In this document: positions 16,699-25,394 of the stretch, one piece after another | Numbering within the stretch: position 1 is the stretch's first letter | Layout: every line of letters starts with the position of its first letter | NCBI GenBank assembly: GCA_905478415.1 | Contig: CAJQIG010000002.1 | Span: 71,573 to 118,833 of the forward strand | DNA length: 47,261 nucleotides | Reading direction: 5' to 3' | Source: an uncultured Patescibacteria group bacterium | GTDB lineage: Bacteria; Patescibacteriota; Microgenomatia; UBA1400; PJMF01 | The notes under the pieces: generated by a model | What the model saw: the letters and a program-made list of their open reading frames with translations, nothing else | Databases searched by the model: none | Told to the model about the DNA's origin: nothing | Program-made: the position numbers and the translations under genes

Positions 16699-19653
16699 AT
16701 GGTGCCCCAATTAGTCACACAGCTCGACTCGGATGCGCCACTCGTTGTAGTGGTTGGGTCTTCTGGTCTTTTAAGAACTGAAATCACTCGAGGTGTTAGG
16801 GCCTTGGGCTTGCAGGTGAAAGCCTTTTCGGAAGCTGAATCAACTCGCTTTACGGAACACCTTATACAAGCATATAAAGTCGTTTGGATTGTTTCTTCAC
16901 TTAGCTATTTTTCAGATGATTCCAACTCTGTTAAAGCTGTTTTGCAAGCTGTTTCTAAAAAAGTTGTACTAGTAGTTCCCCTGGCTATAGGCATAGAACC
17001 AACCAGATCAACTCAAGAGTTGTCCGAATGGCAACAGCTAAGTAGTTTGCAGGAAACAATCATTCTTGATTTAAACAGTCAATTTACTGATTCTTTGTTT
17101 ATATTTGCAGAAAATATAGCTTTTGATGGTGTCTTTCCTCTAGAGTATTGCGTATCTAAAATTGAAACAGGTGTCGTTATCGACCCTGGCTTTTCTTTTT
17201 CTGTACAAACTATTTCTGCATTTGTGACGACTGCTCTTCCTCACTTTTTTAGACCTGGATCACAACAGAGTATTTTAATAAGTGGATCTTTATTGGATAG
17301 TGAGTTCTATCTTGAAGAATTTGTGCGGTTATACTTTGCTTATTTTGCAGAACAAGTTTCGATTCAACGTGAATACCTCACCCCTAAAACAGCAATTCCT
17401 TTTGAAGTGAATCAAGTAGTTTTAGAAACTCAAAATGCTCAATCAATTGTTGATGAGTATGTCAGAACATTTAAAAACAAACGATCTTCTCTAAAAAAAG
17501 TAGCTGTTTCACAGCCCTTAGCTCGGCCGATGTTTCAAAAACAAGCACAAGTTGTAGAGACAAAACCTGCTTCAGTTCAAATTGAGATTGAGTATGAAAC
17601 TGTTCAAAACCAAATGCCAAAAGAAGAAAGTACTGCCTCACTTGTTGAAACAAGGGCGGTTGTTGCAGAAAAACCTGTAATTGAAACACCAAAATCAAAA
17701 GAAGACGAAGAACTACTCGACATAAACCAAGAGTTGTCACGGATTTTTAAAGCCCCTCGTACTGTGCAAAAAGCAGCTCGGGTTGAAAAAATGGCCCAGA
17801 CAGAGGTGCATCATGTGGGTAAATCAAAACGAAAAAAAATATTGTTTTATGGAGGACTTGGATTTATTGGGGTCGGGTTTGGATTTTTAGTTTTAATTGG
17901 CCTTTTTTTAGGAACGCAGTTTTTTCTTAAAAGACAGTTGTTTGCAATTGCTAAAACAGCGGTGCAGACGCATACGGTTGAAGAAAAAGAATGGAATAAC
18001 CTTCGTCAAACTGCTGGGTTTCTTGATGTGCAATCAAAAACGTATGGGGCAGTCTTTGATTTAGCTATGATTAGTGATGCTGATCATTTAGTCGAAGTGA
18101 CTTCACAATTAGCAGATATGTCACTGCTCCTACAGTCCACAGAAAAAGATCTGCAAGATGTCGTGTACCTCATACTTGGTAAACAAGACGGAGAACTCGA
18201 AGTTCTGACGAAACGAATGACATCTCAAGCAGAAACCACATATGAAAATCTCTCATTAGTGAGAGCAGGAATTGAAGTCATTCCTTTTTCAGTTGCCTCA
18301 AATGAAAAAGAAACGATTTTACTAGAATACCAAAAGAAAATTGATGAAATTAGAACCGCACTTATTACACAACGTCGAGTGCTGCCACTTTTACAAGATA
18401 TATTTGGTGGGGCTAAAAAATCATATTTAATTCTCTTTCAGAATGAACAAGAGCTTCGCCCGACTGGTGGCTTTATTCAGGCTGCAGCTCTGCTGACATT
18501 TAGTGATGGAACGCTTATATCCAGTCAAGTATTTAGTAGTTATGATATTGATAGCATGGTTGCAGGCTCGGTGGCGCCCCCAGAAGATTTACCTCGATTT
18601 TTAGGAGAACAACAGTGGTACTTCCGAGACAGTAACTGGAACCCTGATTTTACCTCTTCAGCTTCTAAAGCAGCATGGTTTATGACCAAAGCCACCGGCA
18701 CTAAAATTGATGGAGTTGTGGGAATGACTCTCAAGTCGACAGCTGACTTAGTTGAAGCATTGGGCCCTCTAGAAATTCCTGAACATTCTGAAATTGTGAC
18801 GCATAAAAACATTGATGCTTTGATGGAATACCACTCTGAAAAACTACTGATTAAAGGTGATACTTCAAAAGCCTACTCGGTTTTAATTCTCGAGAGACTG
18901 GTTGAAAAAATTGAAACGATCAAACCAGAAAAAATTAACGGATTCTTAGCAGCTATAGGTAAAAATCTCGACGAAAACGAGCTACTCATCTCGGTTACAG
19001 ACGATACCACAGAAGAAGCTTTGACTACTCTTGGTTGGACTGGAGTGTTGGTGAGACCAGAGTGTCCTTCTCAGTTTTCTTCTCAAGTTTGTTTGGTTGA
19101 TACGATTGCCCAAGTTGAAGCTAACGTTGGTGTGAATAAAGCTAACTACTACCTTGAGGAAGCTGTTGCCCACGTGGTGGAGTTGTTGCCTGGTTTAGCG
19201 CAACACACTCGAACGATTCGTGTCGAAAACACGGCTGAAATTAACTCTTGGCCTAAAGGAGATTACCGAGCCTACTATCGATTTTATGTAAATGCCAATG
19301 CAAAACTTGATGAAGTTACGATTAACAATCGCAAATTAACAAAAGAAGACTTGGTTGAAAGAGTTGAACAAGGTAAAAGTATGATTGGCTTTTTAGTGAC
19401 AGTGCCTGTTCAGGCACAAGCAGAAATTGTTCTAAAATACTCGGTTCCGCTTGTTGGAGACGAAGCCTATTCATATGCCTTTTTTGATCAAAAGCAGCCT
19501 GGAAGACAAACTTCTACTCAAGTAACAATTATTCCCTACTCAGGTTTAAAACCAGCAAAAATTGCTCCACAGGCTGAAGTAACAGCCGCTGGAATTGTCT
19601 TTGACACTGAAACAAGGAAATCTCACGGTTTCTATGGCGTTGAGTTTAGATAG
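16699..19653 (+). CDS. DUF4012-domain membrane protein, 984 aa
   Basis: The motif LILFQNEQELRPTGGFIQAAALLTF matches the DUF4012 signature as I remember it. A central TM helix (ILFYGGLGFIGVGFGFLVLIGLFL) is present. Confidence 0.8.
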   Translation: MVPQLVTQLDSDAPLVVVVGSSGLLRTEITRGVRALGLQVKAFSEAESTRFTEHLIQAYKVVWIVSSLSYFSDDSNSVKAVLQAVSKKVVLVVPLAIGIEPTRSTQELSEWQQLSSLQETIILDLNSQFTDSLFIFAENIAFDGVFPLEYCVSKIETGVVIDPGFSFSVQTISAFVTTALPHFFRPGSQQSILISGSLLDSEFYLEEFVRLYFAYFAEQVSIQREYLTPKTAIPFEVNQVVLETQNAQSIVDEYVRTFKNKRSSLKKVAVSQPLARPMFQKQAQVVETKPASVQIEIEYETVQNQMPKEESTASLVETRAVVAEKPVIETPKSKEDEELLDINQELSRIFKAPRTVQKAARVEKMAQTEVHHVGKSKRKKILFYGGLGFIGVGFGFLVLIGLFLGTQFFLKRQLFAIAKTAVQTHTVEEKEWNNLRQTAGFLDVQSKTYGAVFDLAMISDADHLVEVTSQLADMSLLLQSTEKDLQDVVYLILGKQDGELEVLTKRMTSQAETTYENLSLVRAGIEVIPFSVASNEKETILLEYQKKIDEIRTALITQRRVLPLLQDIFGGAKKSYLILFQNEQELRPTGGFIQAAALLTFSDGTLISSQVFSSYDIDSMVAGSVAPPEDLPRFLGEQQWYFRDSNWNPDFTSSASKAAWFMTKATGTKIDGVVGMTLKSTADLVEALGPLEIPEHSEIVTHKNIDALMEYHSEKLLIKGDTSKAYSVLILERLVEKIETIKPEKINGFLAAIGKNLDENELLISVTDDTTEEALTTLGWTGVLVRPECPSQFSSQVCLVDTIAQVEANVGVNKANYYLEEAVAHVVELLPGLAQHTRTIRVENTAEINSWPKGDYRAYYRFYVNANAKLDEVTINNRKLTKEDLVERVEQGKSMIGFLVTVPVQAQAEIVLKYSVPLVGDEAYSYAFFDQKQPGRQTSTQVTIIPYSGLKPAKIAPQAEVTAAGIVFDTETRKSHGFYGVEFR

Positions 19654-19770
19654 CTGTTGAAGCTATTCTCTCCCCTTTTTAAACGGTTTTACGAGCTTCA
19701 GAAGCTTGTTTTTGTTGATAGTGAACGGTGTGTTTGTTGTGGAATGGCTTTTTGTGATGGAATCTATACT

Positions 19771-19800
19771 AAAAGGAGGGCGGCGCTTGCGCCGCCCTCC
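19771..19800 (-). terminator. GC-rich hairpin terminator between convergent genes (a U-tract is present only for the - strand rplY transcript)
   Basis: GGAGGGCGGCG-CTTG-CGCCGCCCTCC at 19775-19800. AAAA at 19771-19774 reads as UUUU on the - strand. Confidence 0.75.
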
Positions 19801-19826
19801 CCTTCACTCATTACATTCTGTAAGAA

Positions 19827-20501
19827 TTACTCAGTTTTTGTCTCAGTTGGAGTTTCAGCACCTTCTTCAGATTGAGCTGTGTCAGTTTGTTCTTCTGTCG
19901 CCTCTTCAGGTTCATCGACAGTTTCTTCTACTTCTGCAGCTACTGCTTGAAGTACAACGACGGTCTCGTTTGCAGGGTCAACGTCTTCACCCAGTTCAAG
20001 CGTGATCTTGCTTTTATCAAAGGTGAGATCTGCGAGAGTAATACTCTGCCCCACTTCGGTGAGTGAGCTGATATCGACTTCAAATTTTTCTGGTAAGTTA
20101 GCTGGGAGAGCTTCAACTTCGACTTCATTTTTAACTTGGTTAACAATGGTCTCAGGAATGTCACACTCGCCAATGAGTTCGATTGGCACCATAGCAGAAA
20201 CAGCAACGGTAAGATTCACTCGGAGAAAGGAAGCATGCACGAACGAGCCATTGATAGAATTGTAGGCAACATCGTCAATCAAGACTGGCTGCTCTTTTTC
20301 CTCATCAATACTGACGTAAATAAGTCCCGTATCACCCTGTTGTTCATACAGTTTCTTAAAAGCAATGGTATCCATAGTAACTGATTCGGAGTCTTTACTG
20401 AGCCCAAATACGTTTCCAGGTGTTTTACCCAATTTTCTGAGTTTTTTTACCTTCTCTTCTTTTTCTCGAGAAGTAACGTGAAAAACAACTTTTTTAGACA
20501 T
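19827..20501 (-). CDS. rplY: 50S ribosomal protein L25/general stress protein Ctc
   Basis: Motifs KLRKLGKTPGNVFG and VLIDDVAYNSINGSFVHASFLRVNL, plus an acidic C-terminal tail. Confidence 0.88.
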   Translation of the reverse strand: MSKKVVFHVTSREKEEKVKKLRKLGKTPGNVFGLSKDSESVTMDTIAFKKLYEQQGDTGLIYVSIDEEKEQPVLIDDVAYNSINGSFVHASFLRVNLTVAVSAMVPIELIGECDIPETIVNQVKNEVEVEALPANLPEKFEVDISSLTEVGQSITLADLTFDKSKITLELGEDVDPANETVVVLQAVAAEVEETVDEPEEATEEQTDTAQSEEGAETPTETKTE

Positions 20502-20669
20502 AGAGTTCTTTCTAAATTAAGTAACGATTGTAATTTGTATTGTAAGTACTGTCCTGTCAGTTTTCGTTTCTATATCAAAGACAATACAAATAATATAGGA
20601 CTTTGTCAAGTGTAGTATCTAAAAACAAAGTATTATATTTAAACGTTTTACGTTGATATATGGGGTAAA

Positions 20670-21101
20670 TTACTTGAAAATTTGATTGTTTGGATCAACT
20701 TTTCTTGCTTGTTCCCAGTAGTAAATTGCTTTGTTTTCTTCACCAAGAGCTTTGTAGAGCTGTGAAATGTTAATGAGAATGTCTCGGTGAGATGGTTGTT
20801 TTTCGAGTAAATCGAGCCACTTCTCTAATTCAAGTTGAGCCTCCTGATGGCTCAACTCCTTTTTTATAAAGAACTCTTGTTGAGCTGGAGTAGTTTGTAG
20901 TAGCAGTATTTCTTGATTCGCTTCTAGCTTTTGTGAAACTTTAAAGAGTGACATAAGTACAATGCTTCCCAAGATTATCAGAGATAGTATGAGAATATAT
21001 CGAGTTTCACCAAGTTTTACCTTAATAATTTCGATTAAAAAATGGATCAGAGATAGACTGAGTCTAAACTCGAAGTAGAGAAGGGCAAGAGTTATCGTCA
21101 C
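20670..21101 (-). CDS. small membrane-anchored TPR-like protein
   Basis: A TM helix (ILILSLIILGSIVLMSLF) followed by a TPR-like end (LYKALGEENKAIYYWEQARKVDPNN). It uses a GTG start, and a cATACT box lies 6 nt upstream. Confidence 0.6.
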   Translation of the reverse strand: MTITLALLYFEFRLSLSLIHFLIEIIKVKLGETRYILILSLIILGSIVLMSLFKVSQKLEANQEILLLQTTPAQQEFFIKKELSHQEAQLELEKWLDLLEKQPSHRDILINISQLYKALGEENKAIYYWEQARKVDPNNQIFK

Positions 21102-21477
21102 CTCACTAGTATGAATTGCTTTTCCTAAAATCTCAAGTACGTTTTTATGAGCTACTTAAGACTGTTTTGATGCGCTTCTATGGAGTGCTAAAAAGACCGA
21201 TATATGAGCATAATAAGAGACGTGAAACGTTGTGAAATCTTTTTATTGTGTTTCGGGAATGAGTAGAGTCGTTCATTTGTTATTTTTAATTGCAGCTCAC
21301 ATCGAGTTTTTATTGGCTTTTTTTAAAATAAGTGAGTTGTGATTTAGTTGGTTGTTTTTGGGTGCTTAAAAACGTTGTTTTTATACATAAAAATGATGTC
21401 TAGACACAATCTATATAATGTATAAATAGCTACATCAGAATTTTAACGATTCTAGGCGATGTCTTGTGAGGGTTTTT

Positions 21478-23724
21478 TTATTTATTTGGCCAAGGAGTTG
21501 TGATTAGAAGAGGAGTGGTAACCACTTTTTCTTCTAGTAACTCTTGCCAAATTGTTTCAGTTACGAATGGCATAAAGGGGTGTAATAGCTGAATGAATGT
21601 TGTGATTCCATCGATAATTGCTTTGTTTGAGAGCTTTGCAGCTTTGTTTTCCTCGATACAGATGTCACAGAACCAGTGCCAAAATTCGTTGTAGATATAA
21701 TCTGCAGCTAGTCCTATTTGGAGTTTATCTAGAAGCGCAGAGGACTCAGTAACTACCTCTGAAAGTTTTGTATAGAATGCTGCATCTCCGATAGCGGCTT
21801 TAGATGTTGCTTGTTCTTGATTATTGAGAATAACAAATCGAGTAGCGTTCCAAATTTTGTTTGCAAAGTTTCGCATGGCTTTGAAGTCACCTTCGCCGAC
21901 TGATTTATCTTGACCTGGAGTGCTACGAATAACCAAGGCCATTCTGAGGGCATCTGCCCCATATTTTTCGACAACTTCGATAGGGTTGATAACATTTCCT
22001 TTGCTTTTGCTCATTTTTTGGCCTTTTTGGTCTCGAACTAAGCCATGCAAGTAAACATCTGAAAATGGCGATTTTCCTGTCTTGTAGATTCCAAGAAGCA
22101 TCATTCTCATGACCCAGAAGGGGAGAATGTCATACCCTGTTTCCATGACGGACGTTGGGTAGAAGCGTTCAAAATCACCCTCTATAGTATTTTGGAGCGT
22201 TACAAAGGGCCATTGAGCAGAGCTAAACCAGGTGTCGAAAGTGTCAGTTTCTTGTATCCAAACTCCTGTTTTTGGTTGGGTTTCTGAAACTTGGTAGGGG
22301 ACTGATGCATCAGCAAGTACTGATTGAATACCAGCTCTAATTTCCTCAAGTTTGTACGTCTTTAGAAGGACTGAAAGTTGCTCTTGAACAAACTTTTTTT
22401 CGGCATCTAAAAAGCCAATTGTTATGTGTTCTTCTTGGTCTTCAACTTGGTACCAAACAGGAATACTTATTCCCCATACAATTTGTCTGGAAATATTCCA
22501 ATCTTTAAGGTTTGTGAGCCAGTGACGAAGAATTTTTTCTCGACCAGCACCATGGATAGTTGTTTCACCTGAATCAAGTGAAGCTAGTGCATCACGGACC
22601 AAGTTTTTAGTTTCGTCTTGTACTTTAATAAAGAATTGAGGAAGCGGAAGCGGTTCAATTACGCGTTTACAACGATAGCAGGTGCCAACTCGGTTTTGAT
22701 ACTTTTCATCAATGTGGTCAATAAGTCCTTTTTGAGTGAGTTCTTCGACAATTGCCTTTCGACCACTTGCAACATTAAGTCCGGCGAATTTACCCGCTAT
22801 ATCGGTTAATTTGCCCTTTGAGTTGATGGCTATTTTGATTGGTAAATCGTGCTTTTTTGCAATTTCAAAATCGTTTGGGTCGTGAGCTGGGGTTATTTTA
22901 ACAATACCGGTTCCAAACTCAGGATCAACATAGTCGTCGGCGATGATGGTCATTGCCTCATTTGTTAATGGGTTGAGAACTTTTTTTCCAACCAGGTGAT
23001 TATGTTTTTTATCAGTGGGATTAACAGCAAGGTGGGTATCGGCAAAAATTGGTTCTGGGCGAACGGTGGCTACCATAATGAATTCGCTTGGATCTTCAAC
23101 GAGTGGATATTTAACGAAGTAGAGCGGAGACACCTGGTCGATATGATCAACCTCGAGTTCTGAGTAACTCGTTCCACATTTTGTACAGTAATTTACCAGT
23201 CTAAAGTCTCGGTACACCAGTCCATCTTTGTGTAGTTGTTTAAATGTTTCGAGTACCGTTTTGACGATGTCTTTATCGAGAGTGAATTTATATCGACTCC
23301 AGTCTGCACTGGCACCAAGTTTCTTGATTTGATCAACAGCAATGCCTGAATTTTCTTGGACGTACTCCCAGATCATGTTGTAGAGAGTCGATCGATCAAA
23401 GTTGAAGCGACTTTGCTTCTTTTTTTGCAGTTTTTTTTCGAAGACAAATTGAGTCTCAATTCCGGCGTGGTCTGTACCTGGAATCCAGACAGTATCGTCA
23501 CCGAGCATGCGGTGATAGCGAATCATGATATCTTCTATGGTCACAAAGATTGCGTGTCCTACGTGTAGTGGGTCGTTGGCATTAGGGGGCGGCATAATGA
23601 TACTGAAGTGCTTCTTAGAAGTTTTTAGATCTTCTGGTGCAGAGTCAGGGTTAAAAGCATCGGCTTTTTCCCACAAGGCGTACATTTGTTCTTCAGTTTG
23701 AGTGTAGTTATATCTGGAATCCAT
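21478..23724 (-). CDS. valS: valyl-tRNA synthetase (short, 748 aa)
   Basis: Motifs PPPNANDPLHVGHA, WIPGTDHAGIETQ and KMSKSKGNVINP. I take the start at the ATG of MDSRYNY (23724). Confidence 0.92.
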   Translation of the reverse strand: MDSRYNYTQTEEQMYALWEKADAFNPDSAPEDLKTSKKHFSIIMPPPNANDPLHVGHAIFVTIEDIMIRYHRMLGDDTVWIPGTDHAGIETQFVFEKKLQKKKQSRFNFDRSTLYNMIWEYVQENSGIAVDQIKKLGASADWSRYKFTLDKDIVKTVLETFKQLHKDGLVYRDFRLVNYCTKCGTSYSELEVDHIDQVSPLYFVKYPLVEDPSEFIMVATVRPEPIFADTHLAVNPTDKKHNHLVGKKVLNPLTNEAMTIIADDYVDPEFGTGIVKITPAHDPNDFEIAKKHDLPIKIAINSKGKLTDIAGKFAGLNVASGRKAIVEELTQKGLIDHIDEKYQNRVGTCYRCKRVIEPLPLPQFFIKVQDETKNLVRDALASLDSGETTIHGAGREKILRHWLTNLKDWNISRQIVWGISIPVWYQVEDQEEHITIGFLDAEKKFVQEQLSVLLKTYKLEEIRAGIQSVLADASVPYQVSETQPKTGVWIQETDTFDTWFSSAQWPFVTLQNTIEGDFERFYPTSVMETGYDILPFWVMRMMLLGIYKTGKSPFSDVYLHGLVRDQKGQKMSKSKGNVINPIEVVEKYGADALRMALVIRSTPGQDKSVGEGDFKAMRNFANKIWNATRFVILNNQEQATSKAAIGDAAFYTKLSEVVTESSALLDKLQIGLAADYIYNEFWHWFCDICIEENKAAKLSNKAIIDGITTFIQLLHPFMPFVTETIWQELLEEKVVTTPLLITTPWPNK

Positions 23725-23731
23725 AGTATGT

Positions 23732-23740
23732 ATTCTACCA
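23732..23740 (-). promoter_or_regulatory. extended -10 box TGgTAGAAT, 7 nt upstream of the valS ATG
   Basis: The - strand reads TGGTAGAAT ACATACT ATG, with no SD. Confidence 0.5.
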
Positions 23741-23922
23741 CACCTCGAGTAGGGGAGAGAAGAGCAGATATTTAGTTGTGAAAAATGGTTTGAGCAAAGA
23801 AAAAAGGCCAAAACTCTTGGTCTTGACCTTCTCTTGTTGAGAAATCTGAGGACTGTTTCTCCTCTGCTGGGGAACGCAGCGTTCCCTAAGGGAGAGACAA
23901 AATTGTCTCCAGATTTTTCAAT

Positions 23923-24028
23923 CTACCTAGTAGTATCCCATATAAGTATTACTTTGTCAAGCTTTGATGTGTTTGGAATATGTTTGATACTAGTAAACCG
24001 CTTAATATTATGGGATACTACTAGGTAG
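23923..24028. repeat. perfect 20-bp inverted repeat with a 66-bp spacer
   Basis: CTACCTAGTAGTATCCCATA at 23923-23942 is the exact reverse complement of TATGGGATACTACTAGGTAG at 24009-24028. Confidence 0.95.
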
Positions 24029-24112
24029 TAATCTCGAAGCCACACTTGTGTGGGGGAGGGGTTGTTTTCTTTAAAATATCATATAGATTACCTAATCTAA
24101 GTGAGGTGTCAC

Positions 24113-24427
24113 ATGAACCAGGGCCAGAAGGCTTTAGCTATATTTATGGTAATTGCAGCAGTCGGGTTATTTTGTGTAACCGGATATGCTGTATTGTCAG
24201 GCAATGTAGCATATGCATACTTTGCCGAAATCTCATCCGGGCTGTTTGCTATTAGTGGAGTGGTTATTTTCTTTGGAAGTTTGGCTGTATTTAAGCCAGC
24301 TGCAGTGAGAGTAATCATTATTGGAATAGCTGCACTATTTATTGGTCTGGCAGTATTAGCTGTTTTTTTTGGAACAGGAGAAGCTCCAATTGTTGGGGGC
24401 CTAACGCTAGTAGCAGCTTTTTCGTAG
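24113..24427 (+). CDS. small polytopic membrane protein (104 aa)
   Basis: A GAGG SD at 24103-24106 lies 6 nt before ATG 24113. The protein has three to four hydrophobic helices. Its stop codon abuts the left end of the IS. Confidence 0.6.
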   Translation: MNQGQKALAIFMVIAAVGLFCVTGYAVLSGNVAYAYFAEISSGLFAISGVVIFFGSLAVFKPAAVRVIIIGIAALFIGLAVLAVFFGTGEAPIVGGLTLVAAFS

Positions 24428-25040
24428 CGAGGAAACTCCGGACAGTTCATCCATTGGAGCGAAGCGATAGTGTCCGGGGATGAACGCCTCATAGCACCGA
24501 AGGTGCTATGATGTCATCATGAAAACCCGGAAGTTAAATCATAGTGTGTATAAACACCAATATCACTTGGTATGGGGGACGAAATATCGTCGGAAATTTT
24601 TCAAGAAGTATGTTGGAGATGAATTTGAACATCTTCTATACGAATTAGTTAAAAAGAAGTATCCAGATTTATATATCGAAGCGGTTAATACAGACCAGGA
24701 TCATGTACATATACAGATAGAAATACCACCAACATATGCAGTGTCAGACGTAGTAAAGCGAATAAAATGGCATAGTAGTGTGTACCTCAAGAAGAAGTTC
24801 AAATTTATCGATAGAATGTATATAAATGGAAACATTTGGGGTGTGGGATATTACTCATCAACCATAGGATTGGACGAAGAAACAATTAGAAAATACATAG
24901 AATATCAGGGGAAAGAAGAAGTCCTCCAGACACCGAGTCTATTTGAATAAAATTTTCATGAGAACTTGACCTTTAGGTCATTGCGAAGCAAATAGGAAAC
25001 CCCGGACATTGGCGTAGCTGTCCGGGGAGGACGTCATTTT
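24420..25040 (+). mobile_element. IS200/IS605-family insertion sequence (tnpA only); boundaries approximate
   Basis: A Y1 HUH transposase gene is flanked by similar, same-orientation subterminal hairpins. The left one is AGGAAACTCCGGACA..TGTCCGGGGATGAACG (24430-24486). The right one is AGGAAACCCCGGACA..TGTCCGGGGAGGACG (24994-25033). Confidence 0.75.
24519..24950 (+). CDS. tnpA: IS200/IS605-family transposase TnpA (Y1 HUH)
   Basis: Motifs YKHQYHLVWGTKYRRKFF, HUH (DHVHIQIEIPP) and a catalytic-Tyr region (WGVGYYSSTIG). The length is 143 aa. Confidence 0.92.
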   Translation: MKTRKLNHSVYKHQYHLVWGTKYRRKFFKKYVGDEFEHLLYELVKKKYPDLYIEAVNTDQDHVHIQIEIPPTYAVSDVVKRIKWHSSVYLKKKFKFIDRMYINGNIWGVGYYSSTIGLDEETIRKYIEYQGKEEVLQTPSLFE

Positions 25041-25043
25041 GGA

Positions 25044-25274
25044 GTGCTTGGTTCTGCCATGGCTTGGCATAAGCAAAAGCTTCAGGAAGATCCACAATAT
25101 GTCTTAATAATTGGAGCTAACTTCGTGTTAGGACTGGTTAGTTTTTTTGTCGGCTCAGCCGCCGGCATATATTTTGGATTTGGATTTTTTATCGGTGTAT
25201 GGGGGTTGTACCTTCTCTTAGCTGCTCTTGGCAGAAAAGGGGCGGAACAAGTTGCCAAAATTGGTAAAAGATAG
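25044..25274 (+). CDS. small membrane protein (76 aa from GTG 25044, or 71 aa from ATG 25059)
   Basis: Two hydrophobic helices and a basic C-terminus. The reading frame is open from inside the right end of the IS. Confidence 0.5.
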   Translation: MLGSAMAWHKQKLQEDPQYVLIIGANFVLGLVSFFVGSAAGIYFGFGFFIGVWGLYLLLAALGRKGAEQVAKIGKR

Positions 25275-25293
25275 TAATCTAGTTGATTTTTAT

Positions 25294-25322
25294 AATAGCC
25301 CAGACAGTATGTCTGGGCTATT
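25294..25322. terminator. 12-bp perfect hairpin between convergent genes (no U-tract on either side)
   Basis: AATAGCCCAGAC-AGTAT-GTCTGGGCTATT. Confidence 0.55.
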
Positions 25323-25394
25323 CTCGTATAGAATCATCTTTTATTCCTGCATGATTCCAGGATTATTACCGCAACGCCTAGAATACAGGTGTCA

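Noticed and set aside
19657-20005. Two + strand ORFs (72 and 99 aa) after the DUF4012 gene.
   Set aside because: They span the GC-rich terminator hairpin and overlap the rplY coding region on the opposite strand.
23923-24028. The 20-bp inverted repeat read as the termini of a MITE.
   Set aside because: There is no target-site duplication in the flanks (..TTCAAT on the left, TAATCT.. on the right). I noticed no second copy in the window. It is not excluded without a genome-wide search.
23725-24030. A possible T-box riboswitch upstream of valS.
   Set aside because: I found no match to the conserved T-box sequence (GGGTGGTACCGCG-like) and no recognisable specifier-loop architecture on the - strand. 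I kept it only as a generic structured leader.
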